From contig CAJFCJ010000004.1 in assembly GCA_904063045.1 (NCBI GenBank), forward strand, positions 737,713 to 801,712: a stretch of 64,000 nucleotides of DNA, in the 5' to 3' direction. The position numbers and the translations under genes are program-made. The notes under the pieces are model-generated. The model had not been told where the DNA came from. It ran no database searches and worked only from the letters and a program-made list of their open reading frames with translations. Shown here in pieces: positions 24,318-37,639 of this stretch. Source of the stretch: Dimorphilus gyrociliatus (lineage: Eukaryota > Animalia > Annelida). The number at the start of each line of letters is the position of its first letter. Within the stretch, counting starts at the first letter, position 1.

Positions 24318-27300
24318 TTAAACAGCAGAAACATCTTCAGTTTCTGATTCAAAATCTGATTTATTCAGAAGCGTCTTTCTTAGTTCAATAATTCTTAATT
24401 CTTTTTGTTTTAATTCTCGAGCTGCATAAGCCGATTCTCTTAATCGTTGTTGAATATCTATTTTTAAGTGACCAATTCTTTCGTCTTGTGATCTAGTTAG
24501 TTTTTCCATCTTTTTCAATTCTGCCTCTTTCCTTCTAGTTTCATGCACGTAATGCCTTAATCTTTCATCCTTCTGTTTTAATTGTAATTTTAGCTCGGCT
24601 AATTGATCAATTGATCTTTCGCATTCATCTTGTAATGCTGAATATTTCAGTTTAAGTTTTTCGTATTCTCTTTCCATTTCTTCATTTGAAGGCCAAGCTG
24701 AATGGACGTTTGACTGATCAAGGCGTTCTTTTGGCCTAGCAATCACTAGCTCTACACTATCCGAATCTTCAAACTCATTCAGAACTTCCTCAAGATTATA
24801 GTTGACTACATAAGTTCCATTAGCTTCAATGATATAGCTACCTTCAAGTATACCAGCCCTTTCAGCCGGACTTCCCTCTTCGATTCTGTCAACAGCTATG
24901 ACAGAAAAGTGATTTTTATCACTGACCGGAAGGAAAGCACTCTTTCTTCCTATTAGAAAAGAAGGATTTAGATTGCAATCAGCTAAATAGGGTTTATCAA
25001 ATAAATGATTAACTCAGTATTCATACCTCCTAATATTGGCTTTCTACCCGTTGGAGATCGGTAAACAGCGCACTTTTTTGTCGACCAGGACGACTCAAAT
25101 AATTTTAAACCAAAACTCCCACTATCGCTTCGTAAAACTAAAGTAATCAAATCACAAGTCTGCAGGAGATGAAATAAACTAGGATGGTCCAAATCGACTT
25201 TACAAATATCGTCAGCTTTACGAGCAATAGGCCTTAGCGGTTCTGATCCATTTTTTAAGTCATTGATAATTCGCTGAAGAGAGTCTTGGGACGTTTCTCT
25301 CTTATACAAACAATCTAAACTCGCATATCTACAAAGTCCCTCATCATCAGATAATCCGACCTTATTAAGAGCTTCGTTAGACATTCGTTTCTTTCTCTCC
25401 TCTAAATCACTTGGATTGTTAAGTGGCAGTTTTGGCAGCGTTCTCTTACTTTTCCTGGCTGATGATGACCTTGATGAGGATTTTATTGTAAAGCTTTGAG
25501 ATCTAGGTATAGGCCTCGGATCAAATTCATTAAGATGTTCGTCCGAAATTGCTGAATACAATCGACTATTTTGCTGTTGCATAAACTGTAATCTTTCACG
25601 TTGCATTGAAGAGAAAGTCCTTCTTTCCGAAGGTTGAGTCTTTTTTCTAGACCTATCGCTAGCATATGCACTATCAGTAGGAGGTCTGGAATTGGCTTCT
25701 GATGAATCACTTTGATCGTCTGCTACATAGCCCGCTTTTTCATTTAACTATGGAGAAGACAATTTATTTTTTTTCAAATATACAACCATATTAAATAGAT
25801 TATATATCTTAGAAACACATTCGTGGTATGTCAAATATGCAAGATTTTCCTAGGCGTATGCTCTATCAATTAAGTATTGAATTTACGAGCTGTCATTTTA
25901 TGAATTATTCCAAATCTCTTTCACTTTTTACCTTACTAAACCAAAACGGATTAAGGTTAGTAATTAATCTTATTTATTTCTTAACATTGATCATGTTTAA
26001 CTTATTAAAGAAAGTAAATAGTTGGACAAATCATTTTTTTTATTCATATATACATATATATATATATATATATTCATATCTTGAGAAAACATTTCTAACA
26101 AGCTAAATGCTCTCTCACTCTGAACGACAACTAAATAGTTTTTAAAGTTGTTGCTCTTGTAAATTATAAAAACAACACTCAAATTGAAGGTCTTTTTGCA
26201 ACACAATGCATTGAGGGAATTACTTTGTTTACAGAGGGAATTTTAAGAGGATTAATAGGTGCTTCTTCTATATGCTAAGGAAAAATATATAAATACATGT
26301 AGTACTGTATTTTTCATAAAATCTACTAACTATTTAGCTTTTACTCTCTTTAATTTCTGTTTTGCACCTTGTTTCCCAATGTTAACATTTAGTAAATAGA
26401 GGATGAATGAAAGCAGTAAAGAGACGTATATAAAATCAACATGCTAAAATCAAATATTTGCCATTTTTAATACAAATTATGCTATTGTTAAAAACAGAAT
26501 GCATATAATTTGAAGAATGAAAGGGAATGTGAGATTAGAGAGACAGAGAGAGACCAGTAGTAACAGTGAAGAAAGAGGTGGCAAAAGGAAAAATACTTTA
26601 AATTGGGGTGTATTTACAGAAAGCTCTATTCAAAGAATAGTTGTCAATAAAAGCGTCAAAGGAGGTTAATTACCCATAATATTTTATGAATAGGGTTTTT
26701 ATTCTATAATTCTTATAGCAATTGATAATTAAAAAAAAATATTATTTATATCTAATTAAGAAGAAGACGATGTTAAAAATATTTATTGTATCAATTCGAA
26801 AATTAACTTATCAAGTTTTACAATCTTTTACCTTTTAGAGAGGAAATTTTTCAATACAAACTTAAGCTGTATACCATACTATTATATATTCCATTCCCCT
26901 TTCCTTTAACTTTAGCTAAACCTTTTGTTAAAAAATTTACTTTATCGTTTTCTTTTATTATGGTAAAGTACAGAATTTAAAGATTTCTTTTATTCTTATT
27001 TTCACAATAAATTCCTAATTCTATATGCTGAATTTAATATATTAAGGAATATGTATAAAAAAACATCTAGTTAGGCTTAGTTTATTTTTTTTTCTACGTA
27101 ATAAGTTATTTTTTTTTTTATTAAAAGAAATTGTGCTATTTATAGTACTTACAGAACTATCTGATTCATCCTTAAGATCATCACCCTCTCTTTTGTAATC
27201 GAATTGATATTGTCTTTGGACTACGTTCACTTCCTCTCTTTTGTGTAATTTATCCAAGTGTGACCTTAATTTACTCAAAGAATCTTTTAATTTTGCCATT

Positions 27301-28847
27301 GTACGTTCAGACGAAGTGGTATTATCTTCTGTAATAGGTTTTTTCGGCAATTTTAACTCCTATTGAAAAAGTACTATTCAATATACTGAGAATAAACATA
27401 CATAAATATATATATAAGTATCAAGAAATATATTAATATTAGTATAGTATCTTTTCTAAATTTTGAATTGTCAAACGAAATCTCTTATTAGAAAATATCG
27501 TACCTTAGTCGGATAGACGGAAACATGTAGATCGTCCAAGCTGACTGATCTAACCTACAAAGGCCAACGCGAGAAATTTTTTTCAATAAATAAAAGTTTT
27601 TTTAGTATTGAAATCTCCCCCCTTACCAATCTTTCGTTGGATCGAACTTCTAAATAATATTCCCTTAAATCCGGCTCACAAGATAATAGTTTATCCGATA
27701 AGCGAACACGTTTTGATTCTGAAAAAGAAAAAAATCTGCTTATCTGTCGTAGATAAGAGCGTATGATTTGATAACAAAGATTTTACAGCTTAATAGTTAG
27801 TCTGTTGGGATTTGCGTCCTAAAAGATAGAATTTATACAAGTAGGCTAAGACTACTGTTGGTAAAAGGATAGACGATGATAAATATGTAAATTATGCATT
27901 TTAAAGTAATATTTCTTCCTAAATGAACGGTCGTACAAGCAAGCAAATAAGATAAAGGTTTAAACAATCGACACTCTTAAAAAGACAACGTTTTTATCGT
28001 TTGTTTATATAAAAATATTTTAATCAATATTACCTCTGGTATAGGCATGAATACGATATAAACAATAGCATTCTAAACGTTCATTATCGTATTTGGTTGA
28101 TTTTATAAAAGTTCTTAATATCTTGTCAGCAGTTGTTTGTCGGTTTATAAAGATTGTTATAGGTTTTGTGGCTTTCTATTAACAAATTTAAAGGTTAACT
28201 AATTTATATTGAATATTTTAAAATTGTTTACAAATATTACCGATTGGTCAAGTCCATCCCTGACAGATACTAATCCTGCGAAGGATTTCATTCGTATCTT
28301 GTATCTACAGGTAAAAGCTATATTCTATTATTTTTATTGATTATATAGGCCAATTTGTAATGTAATTGAAAAATAGGGTATAAAATACTAGTACTAACAT
28401 GGGTTTTATAGTAGTATTACTAACTAACTGTAAAGGCTTACAATCCGAATCTACTTCATCTTCTAAATATGGAAAGAAATAAATAATACATTATTAATTA
28501 ATGGACTAATCATTAAGTCATAAATACACAGTTATACCTGTTTCATTGTTTACTAATGAAAATAAATCTTCTTCAGTTGTAACTATTGAATAGTTATTAA
28601 GAACGGCTATAACTAATTCATTACAAGTTGTTTCACTTGTAACAACATAAGTTTTAGCGTTTTCTGTTGGTGAAAGAACGCCAGGATGAACTTTAATGGC
28701 TCCCTTTACAAAAGAAACGTTAATAATACAATTACTACTTAACTGTTAAGTTATAATATCTCTTTATTTATTATATATAAATATTCTTTCTGTTATTCTA
28801 TAAAGAAATTTACTTACAAATTTAACAGATATTTTGTTATTTGACAT
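24318..28847 (-). CDS. Tandem Ras-association (RA-RA) + PDZ + coiled-coil scaffold, 722 aa
   Basis: Ten exons, all phase-consistent: 28818-28847, 28538-28703, 28399-28462, 28241-28304, 28034-28175, 27627-27718, 27504-27554, 27153-27359, 25027-25747, 24318-24949. RA-like GAIKVHPG...VTSETTCNELVIAVL and TIFINRQTTADKILRTF; PDZ ...SFGLKL...VDRIEEGSPAERAGILEGSYIIEANG; C-terminal heptads; ends VSAV. Confidence 0.85.
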
Positions 28848-29047
28848 ATTAATAAAGTATCATAAAATGGGAAAACTTTGCTTGGATATGTTATGAAGCA
28901 TAATCCAATACAAATTAAAATGGATTAGGCCATAGTTAATATTATAAAATAAAAAAAACTTACTAAAACAGTCGATCTAATCAATAAACGATCGAATTTT
29001 GATTGTTTTATAGGCTTATTTCATAAATAAAAAAAGCTTCCATAAAA

Positions 29048-29061
29048 CTACAGGTGGCGCT
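29048..29061 (+). promoter_or_regulatory. CTCF-like motif upstream of the RA-RA-PDZ gene
   Basis: ctacaggtggcgct, about 200 nt from the first coding exon and about 500 nt from the tRNA. Confidence 0.5.
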
Positions 29062-29570
29062 GTGTGAAAAAAAAAACAAAATTAGTATTGTTTCAACTTC
29101 TATTGTTTTATAACAAAAACCTCATTGAGGAATTTGATATAATCCTCTTTTAGGTAGCAATCTAAAGTCTATTATGTTGATAAAGCTAAATAACAACCGA
29201 AAAAGAATCTATACGCGCATATATATGTAAATATTATAGAAAAGCATAATTTATTATAATATTTTTGTACTGAATAACTTCATTTATTTAGGTAATTTGT
29301 TTATTTTTCTATTCATAATTCATTTTTATTCAAACTATTCTGCTTAACGTTTTTCCATGTGAATTGACAATCTAATAATGAACAGTTTTCTTGGAAAACT
29401 AGAAAAAGTACATTTAAAATAATATAACTGATAACAATTTAATTAAATTCTCTATAGTTAACGTTTACATGATTGTAATTTAAACTGTACACTCTAAATT
29501 CTATTAATAACGAAATATTTTTGACTAGTAAAATCTATCTATACTGCATTAAAGTTTTATGTTAACGTAA

Positions 29571-29641
29571 GCATTGGTGGTTCAGTGGTAGAATGCTCGC
29601 CTGCCACGCGGGCGACCCGGGTTCGATTCCCGGCCAATGCA
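29571..29641 (+). tRNA. tRNA-Gly (anticodon GCC)
   Basis: gcattgg/ccaatgc acceptor stem, A-box tggttcagtgg, anticodon loop ctGCCac, B-box ggttcgattcc, 71 nt. Confidence 0.98.
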
Positions 29642-29642
29642 A

Positions 29643-29648
29643 TTTTTT
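29643..29648 (+). terminator. Pol III T-run terminator
   Basis: T6 immediately after the tRNA 3' end. Confidence 0.85.
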
Positions 29649-30924
29649 GTTAAACTGAAATATGACAATTGTTTTATTTTTGCTTTTTGTATACATTTGG
29701 CGGAGCAGTTTTTGTACATCATCTTATTTTACCTCTGGGAAAAGTTCCTGCATTGTTGAAGAAAAATTACAATAAGAAAATTGTTCAATGATGAGAAAAA
29801 ATTCAATTTTTTGACTTGACGATCTCGAAAAGGAGGATAAAAATATATGTATTCGAGAAGAAGTGATTTAATGGCATGGGGTAAGGTTTCCTCTAAGAAC
29901 TCTCTTGGTATTTGTAAAACCACAAAATGAAGGTGGAATACTACATGCAGATTGTTTCTTATTATTTAATATTGTCGGGTTGTATCAAGTTTAGAGAAGA
30001 ATTCCTCCAATGCACAGAGCTTCAGCCGCAGAAATCTATTGAACGGAAATATTTATTAAATTTTTGGATTGATTAGCGAATTATCCAGACTTAGATATAA
30101 TCTAATATATCTGATAAGCCCCGATCAGATTTGTTCAACAGTGTTAAAAAAGACCTTAAGACTGGCTGTGATGAAATTGACACACATTTTTATGAAAAAG
30201 CACTACATGAAACCTCTTATATTGTGTAGCCAATAAAGTAGAGAAAATATATTAAAAAAATATATTTAGATAAAAAATAATGCCATGTATATACAATGAT
30301 CTTTTTCAGAATGTAACAGAATAGTTTAAACTGATATACATACAAATAAAAGCATGGTATAAGTTTCTTCTTCCCTAACTATGCCTACTGTTCAAAATTA
30401 TGTAATCATCTCTTTATCTGATACAGAGAAAAATAAATTATTGTATATAAAGACTTATTGTATATATAAATAATAAAAATATATATAAACATACATATTT
30501 TACATATTATACATGTGTTTCTTCTATTAAATAATAAACTATATGTAAAAGAATATGGAAAAACCGTCAACTAAAGAGGATGGGTGCTACCATCTAATGG
30601 ATAAATTGGACAGAATAAAGTTTTACCTGGAAAGTACGTAAGGTGTATTTTTTGTTGAATAATGTTGACAATATTGAAAAAAATAAGACATAGGCAAATT
30701 GTAAAGCAACTAAAAATTGTTTATTTAGAGTTATATATATATATCACTTTTTAAAGAAATTCAATAATACCAAATGAAAAATATATGAAAAGCATGATAG
30801 TAATAAGAAAGCTTACATATTGAAGAAGTAGACCAAGTTAGTATTGAACAGGGTGGATTGTTGTATTAAAAATGAATGGGGCGTTTGTTGTCTGCTGTGC
30901 ACTGAATATTTATCCAAACTAAGC

Positions 30925-32951
30925 ATGTTTAGTTCTATTAGATTTACATTTTTCATTGTTCTATTAAATTTGGAAATATCTTTTGCTGGTAATAGTTTAA
31001 AATATTATTGTATATACTGTATATATATAGATATGTATATATATATATTTATTTATATAATATCTAGTTACATTGTCATGTCTGATTCAGGAAAAAGAAT
31101 TCAATTTGTTGGTAATGACATTTTTAAAGGAAATATTAAAGAAGATCTTATCAGTAAAAACACAAGCTATATTTTAGATGCTAAAGTTAGTCAAAGAGGA
31201 ATTCTATTCGCATTCTCTGCATATTTCGTACGAGAATCTCCACTCTACTTTCAAGTTTGGTCACCAGCTTCCGGTAGAAGTACTTTTAAATTAAGAGCTC
31301 AATTTTTATTTAAACCAACTAAATCGTTAGGTAGACAGGACGTAAGTAAAGAAAAACATGAATAAATAAGAGATTTATATATGAGAAAGTTATATAATAT
31401 TAATTTTATATTTCAGTTCTATTTAGATAAGGATTATTCTACACTCTGCATTTTAGTAGAGAAAAATGATCTGATAGGTATATTTTCCGATGTCTCCCCT
31501 CCTCCAATAGCAACAAAATTCATTACAACTGGAGGCGAATCTTATGTCGTTCAAAAAAGATTAATAGAGGGTGATATAGTTGATGCAGTCGGTCCCTATC
31601 CATATATGTTTTCTGCTCAGGCAGCAATAGATACAGGTAAATACAGCATAAATAAATTTTCTTTCTTATTTTCGCATAATCTTCTTATTCTTTCAACAAA
31701 CTCTTTAAATCAAAAGAGATGAAAAGAGAGTTTATTAATCTTTAAGAGTATTCAATTGACATTCATAGAATTACACAAAAACAAATATCCCTATTTTTGT
31801 AGTCCTACTAAAAAGATAAAGACTTAACACTAATTGCGCTAATCTTTTGCTATATTTAGCTTAAATATTGTCTTTATATATCTTTTGTTTAATCTTAATG
31901 TATATCTCTTTTTTTATTGGTTAGACCTTACAAACTACGATAAAGATGAAAAAAAACAACCTTGTCGAAACCAATTACAAATACCCAATGATAGCGAACA
32001 TCCAACTTCTGAATCGTTAACTGAGGTAGTTGTCCCAAATACATTTTCTTATCTTAAACTTCTTTTTCAATCACTAGGGACCTGCCGGTGCTACGGGACC
32101 TACAGGACCTGCAGGCGCAACGGGACCAAAAGGACCTGTAGGCTCCATAGGCGCAACAGGACCAAAAGGACCTTCCGGAGAAAAGGGCGAGAAAGGACTT
32201 CCTGGTCCACCGGGGCCTAAAGGTGATCCAGGAAAAGATATACCTTCTTCAGGGTCAATTTCAAGTTCGAAATGGAACTTTGGTTAGTATATAATTTCTT
32301 TGTACTCAGTCACTTACTACAAAGTAAGAATAGGATATTAGAATACTTATGGAAAGACGAGAGAGGTTATTCACCCTCTCTTCCCTTTTTTAGGCCAAAC
32401 CGTAACTTATCCCTTAATGAATGTATTCTGCGTAACTGTTACGTCACTTTTCAAGAAATAGACTTATACTTAGAGATCAAAAATAATTTTATTATGGAAT
32501 AGGCAATTTTGATGACTTAAAAAACCAATGACCGATTAATATTTATAATTAGAGTATGACAATGGCATTTAATATAGCTTTATATATTGGAATTTGACTA
32601 TTATTATATATAAGTACAATGTTTTAAATACTATTATTAATTAATTATTTCTTCAATAGTCAATATTTTAAAAACTGATTATTTACCTTTTACATTCATC
32701 AAAAGTTTTTTTCGTTTGTTTGTAAGTTATTTATATTTTTTTTATCTTCAGATGAAATTGTTGAGGAATGTGCCCCGTGGTGCAACAAATTATTAAATCC
32801 TCTTGTTATACTTGGCCTTTTAATTTGGTTGATACTGTTATCCCTCCTATTCATTTGCTTAACTTGTTCGTTGATCTTTAGGAATAGGAATGGCTCAAAA
32901 AAAAGTGGAAAAGCACCAAGTTTCGATTTGGAGGGAAGAACTGCTTTCTAG
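30925..32951 (+). CDS. Type I transmembrane short-collagen protein, about 346 aa
   Basis: Exons 30925-30988 (signal peptide), 31091-31341, 31417-31636, 31925-32025, 32078-32282 (18 Gly-X-Y triplets GPA GAT GPT ... GDP GKD), 32752-32951 (TM helix plus short tail) are all phase-consistent. Confidence 0.85.
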
Positions 32952-33708
32952 TTGAGCTACATTTATAACTCTTTTGTTTGTTGTTTAATTCTCTTCCATT
33001 GAATATTCACACTCCTCCTATCCAAAACAATACAAAGCCAAAATATATATATATATTTTTTCCTTGTATTATATAAATACACAAAGATATATCAATTGTT
33101 ACATTTCAATATCACAATATCTCTATCAATTTAAAATTGAATGAGCGTATGATTGCTTTGGATAAAATACTATTAGCATTGTTAGTTTCAAGTGAAGTAA
33201 TCTTGATAATATTTTCATTAAATCTTTCTAAGAATATATCAGAGAATAGAGAATATTCTTTATTAACCATAAAGAATAATATGTAACTATTTAAAGCCTA
33301 AACTTTAGAAAATAATTTCAATTAAACTTTTACTTCTAAAATAAAGTTTTATTATTTATTATTCATATTTATTAAAATATTTGTAACAGATAAAAAATTA
33401 TATAATAAATAGACAAATATATATACATATATTTGATCATGAAGAATAAGATTCTCATATTTTTAAGTAAGAAAGTAGTTGTTTTCATTTTTGTAATGGA
33501 AAAAAGTCATATTATAATGAGTGAATGAACTTTTCATTGCACTTCTTAAATAGAAAAATGAAAAAACAAAACAAAACAAAACAAGCAAATAAATTACAAT
33601 TAGCAATTAAATATTTGTCAACAAAATATTATGATTTAAATAATCACTATAAGTCATTCAAAAGTTCAAAACAAGAAATACTAGAAGCCCGCGTTCGTAT
33701 ATTCCTGG

Positions 33709-33821
33709 TCAATGTCCCAGTTGAAAGTTCGGTGTAGCGAAGGTTAAATATAGCAAACTGACTGGACAGTGGACATTGAATATGTCTGAACATGAGTTTA
33801 ACAGGCCTATATATTTACGCT

Positions 33822-33873
<52 letters not shown>

Positions 33874-34364
33874 AATATATATAAATATAAATATATATAC
33901 TATATTTATATAAATTTAATAAGTTAAACATGTTATTCCTTCTTTCTCCTTAATTTCAATGATCTTTTTCCCATACTTGTAATAAAACAACTAAAGCAGT
34001 AAGAATGTTCTATACAAGTTTTAACCTTCATATTTTTCAAATCACATTTGGAGCGGTCACACGCACACTGTTCGAATCTTATTTCTTCCAATTTCGCAAT
34101 TGTTTTTTTGTAGTTTCCAAGTAGGCGTTCTTTTACCGCATTTCTTATAGGATGCGGTTTTACTATTATAAAGCATAAAATCAAGTAGAGGAAAAACAAT
34201 TTAGAGATCTGCAAAAAAGAAAAAACTTATCTATTTATAACCATTATTGCGGGAGATGCGACTTTATCTAAATGCAGAGTTATTATATTATCCGTTTTAC
34301 ATATTTACGAGATATCATTTTTATTAGTTTGAAAATTTTTCTTTACCTTTATTGGTAAGTTCAT
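33709..34364 (-). CDS. Small secreted cysteine-rich protein, about 115 aa
   Basis: Exons 34347-34364 (MNLPIK), 33977-34208, 33709-33806. Hydrophobic signal peptide and 8 Cys in the mature part. The last intron contains a (TA)n repeat. The third exon is less certain than the first two. Confidence 0.65.
33825..33870. repeat. (AT)n microsatellite
   Basis: Perfect AT run inside the predicted intron. Confidence 0.95.
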
Positions 34365-35980
34365 CTTACTCTAGCCCGTTCAGCGTCAAGGTTGGTACTG
34401 CGGGCGCCAGTTATTTTTATAGGCCTAAATGCTATGTTACACGTGACATACCGGCGTGACACAGAAGAAATACAATATTTTAACTGAATAAAGTGTATTT
34501 ATGTATAAAATTATTCTTAATTTTTATAACAATTGAATTCGTATAAATCTATTTTATCACCGTTAAAAATCAGTGTAAATAGAGTTCATCACACTATAAT
34601 ATCGTTTCCGGATGTATGTTGTTTAAAAAATTTGTAGTCGTTTTAACTATTTTAACTTTATTATATTAAAAGAAATTTAATTTTATTCAACTTTATACTA
34701 AGAATATCAAAAGTTAAAAGTTCATTTCATTTTAATTATATAAAATTATAATAATTACATAAAGAAAAATATGTTAATGGGCCGTTTATTTGCTTTTTAA
34801 TCAATTAGTTCAACTATAGGAAATAATTCTCTTACAATTAAGTATCATCATCTAAATGCTACTTCAACATTATTTACTTTTAAATGAATTTGTAAATCAT
34901 ATTTTAGTGCAGCTTTCATTTAGGCCTATAGGAGTCAACAAACTTTAACACAACCAAGGCTATAATTATACATAATAAAATTTCAATTTCTTGAAAATGA
35001 GGAAAGCTAAAAACGTGACTGATTTATTCATACTGAGGCCTATAGAATCTAAATTGTACATGAAATATCTATTAAAAAAATATCACTCTGAAATTTATTT
35101 GTAATCTTCAATTCTTGACTTTAAGTCTAAAATTCTTAAATGCTAATTGGACCTAGGAGAAAATGAACCGATTATATATGAATTATGCATTTATGTACAT
35201 CAGTGTTTATCGGAGTGATAACGGAATCTAAGCCAGTGTTTCATATAGGAAGCGAAAAATGCTTGAAAGAACTATCAGTTTAGATAAAGAAAAACGAAGT
35301 TTTGAATTTTTAGGTCATAAAGTAAGTTATGCACGATAGAACCTCTTAAATATTCATTAAATATATATTGTCTGTCAAGGAATATTATTCTCATAAGAAA
35401 GAAAGCTCATTCTAATCTATTTATAGAGCTATTTAATATACTCATCAAACGTCGGAAGTCTACCTTTGACTGCGTGGGCGTAATTCAATATTATGCAACC
35501 GATTAAATTGGTTCTTTGTTAACCTAATTACAATCTTAATTTTAAGAACGAAAAACAAAAACAAAAATCTAAAACATTAGGAAGAAATGCTGTATACTTT
35601 AATTTATTTTATAATCCTCATTTGAGAAACATGATAATATCACCTTTTATTGTGCATGTAAAAGTGTCTAGATATATAAATATATATATATATATATATT
35701 TAGAAATGACAATATATATATATAATGTATGCATTACACATAAGATACATAAGAATCCGTATCGACTTACTCTTTAGCAAGTTCTCAACATTCTTAAATG
35801 AAAAACAATCATGCATTGCACTGATTCAATAAATGAAATATTGAGCAGGTAGAAATAAGTCAACTTCCCTTTTCTATTATCGCTTTCTCAATGTAAGAGA
35901 AATAAAAAACTATGAAGGATTTTGCATTTGGTTCTATTTCTAAAAATATAATATTGAAAAGAGAGAAAGATGAGGAGACC

Positions 35981-36007
35981 GAGGAGGAGGAGGAGGAGGA
36001 GGAGGAG
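35981..36007. repeat. (GAG)9 trinucleotide repeat, intergenic
   Basis: Read directly; I found no credible exon around it. Confidence 0.9.
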
Positions 36008-37639
36008 AAATAAAGAAGCTAATTAATGTAACGGTGGGAATGATGATGATAATAAGGGTGATAATCAAGTTGATAATTAATAGCGATGACGATGATGATA
36101 TTGATTAAGAAGAAAAGTGAAGGGGTTATTTTTAAATTCTCTATAATATAGATAAAAAATTAAGCAATTTCGTACAGTTTATTTGTTTAACTTTTATCAT
36201 CAATAGCAACAGTGTAATATTATAATTTCATAAATTTATATAACTTATATATAGACTAATATATAAATATTACTTGTTATGGCAAAAACAACAGCTTTCT
36301 TCTTTTTCTCCTTCTTTGAGTAATGCTTACCAATTGCGAAATCGATTTATTAATAATCGTTAATTTTATGAATTGATTGCATTTTTTCTTCATTTATTGT
36401 ATTTATTTATATAAATAACGATATGGCTAAACTTTCAAAGTAAACATTAAATTCCATATATAAAGGATATGCTGCAATATATTTGTTTCTGTTTACAGTT
36501 AAAGTTCATGAACAGTTATCATCTTATTTAAAAGGTGCAATACGGCATGTAGGTTTCCTTCTTTCAAAGTCAACTTAAGGTTAAGTTTTTGAAAGAGGAA
36601 AGTTTTGCGTGCTGGCTTCTTTTTGGCCTCTTGTCTATGTTATTGTCTCTCTTTCAGTTTTTTATTTGAATATCCAGACTAATCTGGATTTGTATCGAAA
36701 CTATTTATCTTTTACTCTCACAATACAGGTAGAGACTTGTAATCTCTATTTATAAGTTTAATGTAAGGCCTATTTTTAAAATTTGCACCTATGTAACAAA
36801 ATTAATTTTACAGTATAATCTAATTTCATTACAAATAATAACATTTGAATTAAATAAAAGTTATAGCTATAAATAGTAATTTTTTCATTTAAATAGTAAG
36901 GAATCTCTTTGTCCAGGAACAAAGGCAAATTTTATCAATTCAGCTTGTCCGGTATCTAGATTACTTGATTACTTCCGGAATGTTTAACCAAATACAAAAC
37001 TACACGGATCGCCGTTCTAGTATCTAATCATCAGATCAAGAAAAAATTTCACTCTTTACAATTTTAAAGATAAATGAGAGCGACACAGAGAGATGGAAGG
37101 AATAAAGAAATGCAATAATTACACCTACTATGACAAGGAAGTAGGAAAGTAAAATGTATAGAAAAGAAGAAGTGGGTGATACAACTAGCAAAAATATGAT
37201 TGAAAGTGCTTTGTATTATGATATAATATATCTTTCCTTTTAGAATAACATTAAGTCTAGTGATAATATGAATGCATACATATTTTATGACAATAAACTT
37301 ATCATTTTTAAAGAATTACAAAAACAATACTAGATATTTATTAAGTTTACATAAAATTATTGATTACATTGTGCAAAGATATCTTTTAAAAGGAAATTCT
37401 CCTAGTTTGGATAAGAGAAATGCTTTCGTCAGCAAAATGAACACAATTGCTAGAATAAGATATATTCCAAAATAGGATTTTCCCGCTCAAATAAATGGTT
37501 TTTTTCTGGCCTTTAAATATTTATAAAGACTGATTGATTGATAATATAAATTCCTTAAATACCTCGAAAATATTTTCAAAAAAACCGCGAAAATTTACTA
37601 GCTTAACTTCCGTTTCCGGTTAATCTTTTGACTATTGGA

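Noticed and set aside
28241-28304. Apparent in-frame TGA-C (readthrough or selenocysteine) in an RA-PDZ exon
   Set aside because: The exon is read in the other frame (YKIRMKSF...) once the donor at 28399 and the extra exon 28034-28175 are used; the whole chain is then stop-free.
30554-30640. Short ORF MEKPSTKEDG... upstream of the collagen gene
   Set aside because: Terminates without a frame-compatible link to the signal-peptide exon; could be UTR or a uORF but is unsupported.
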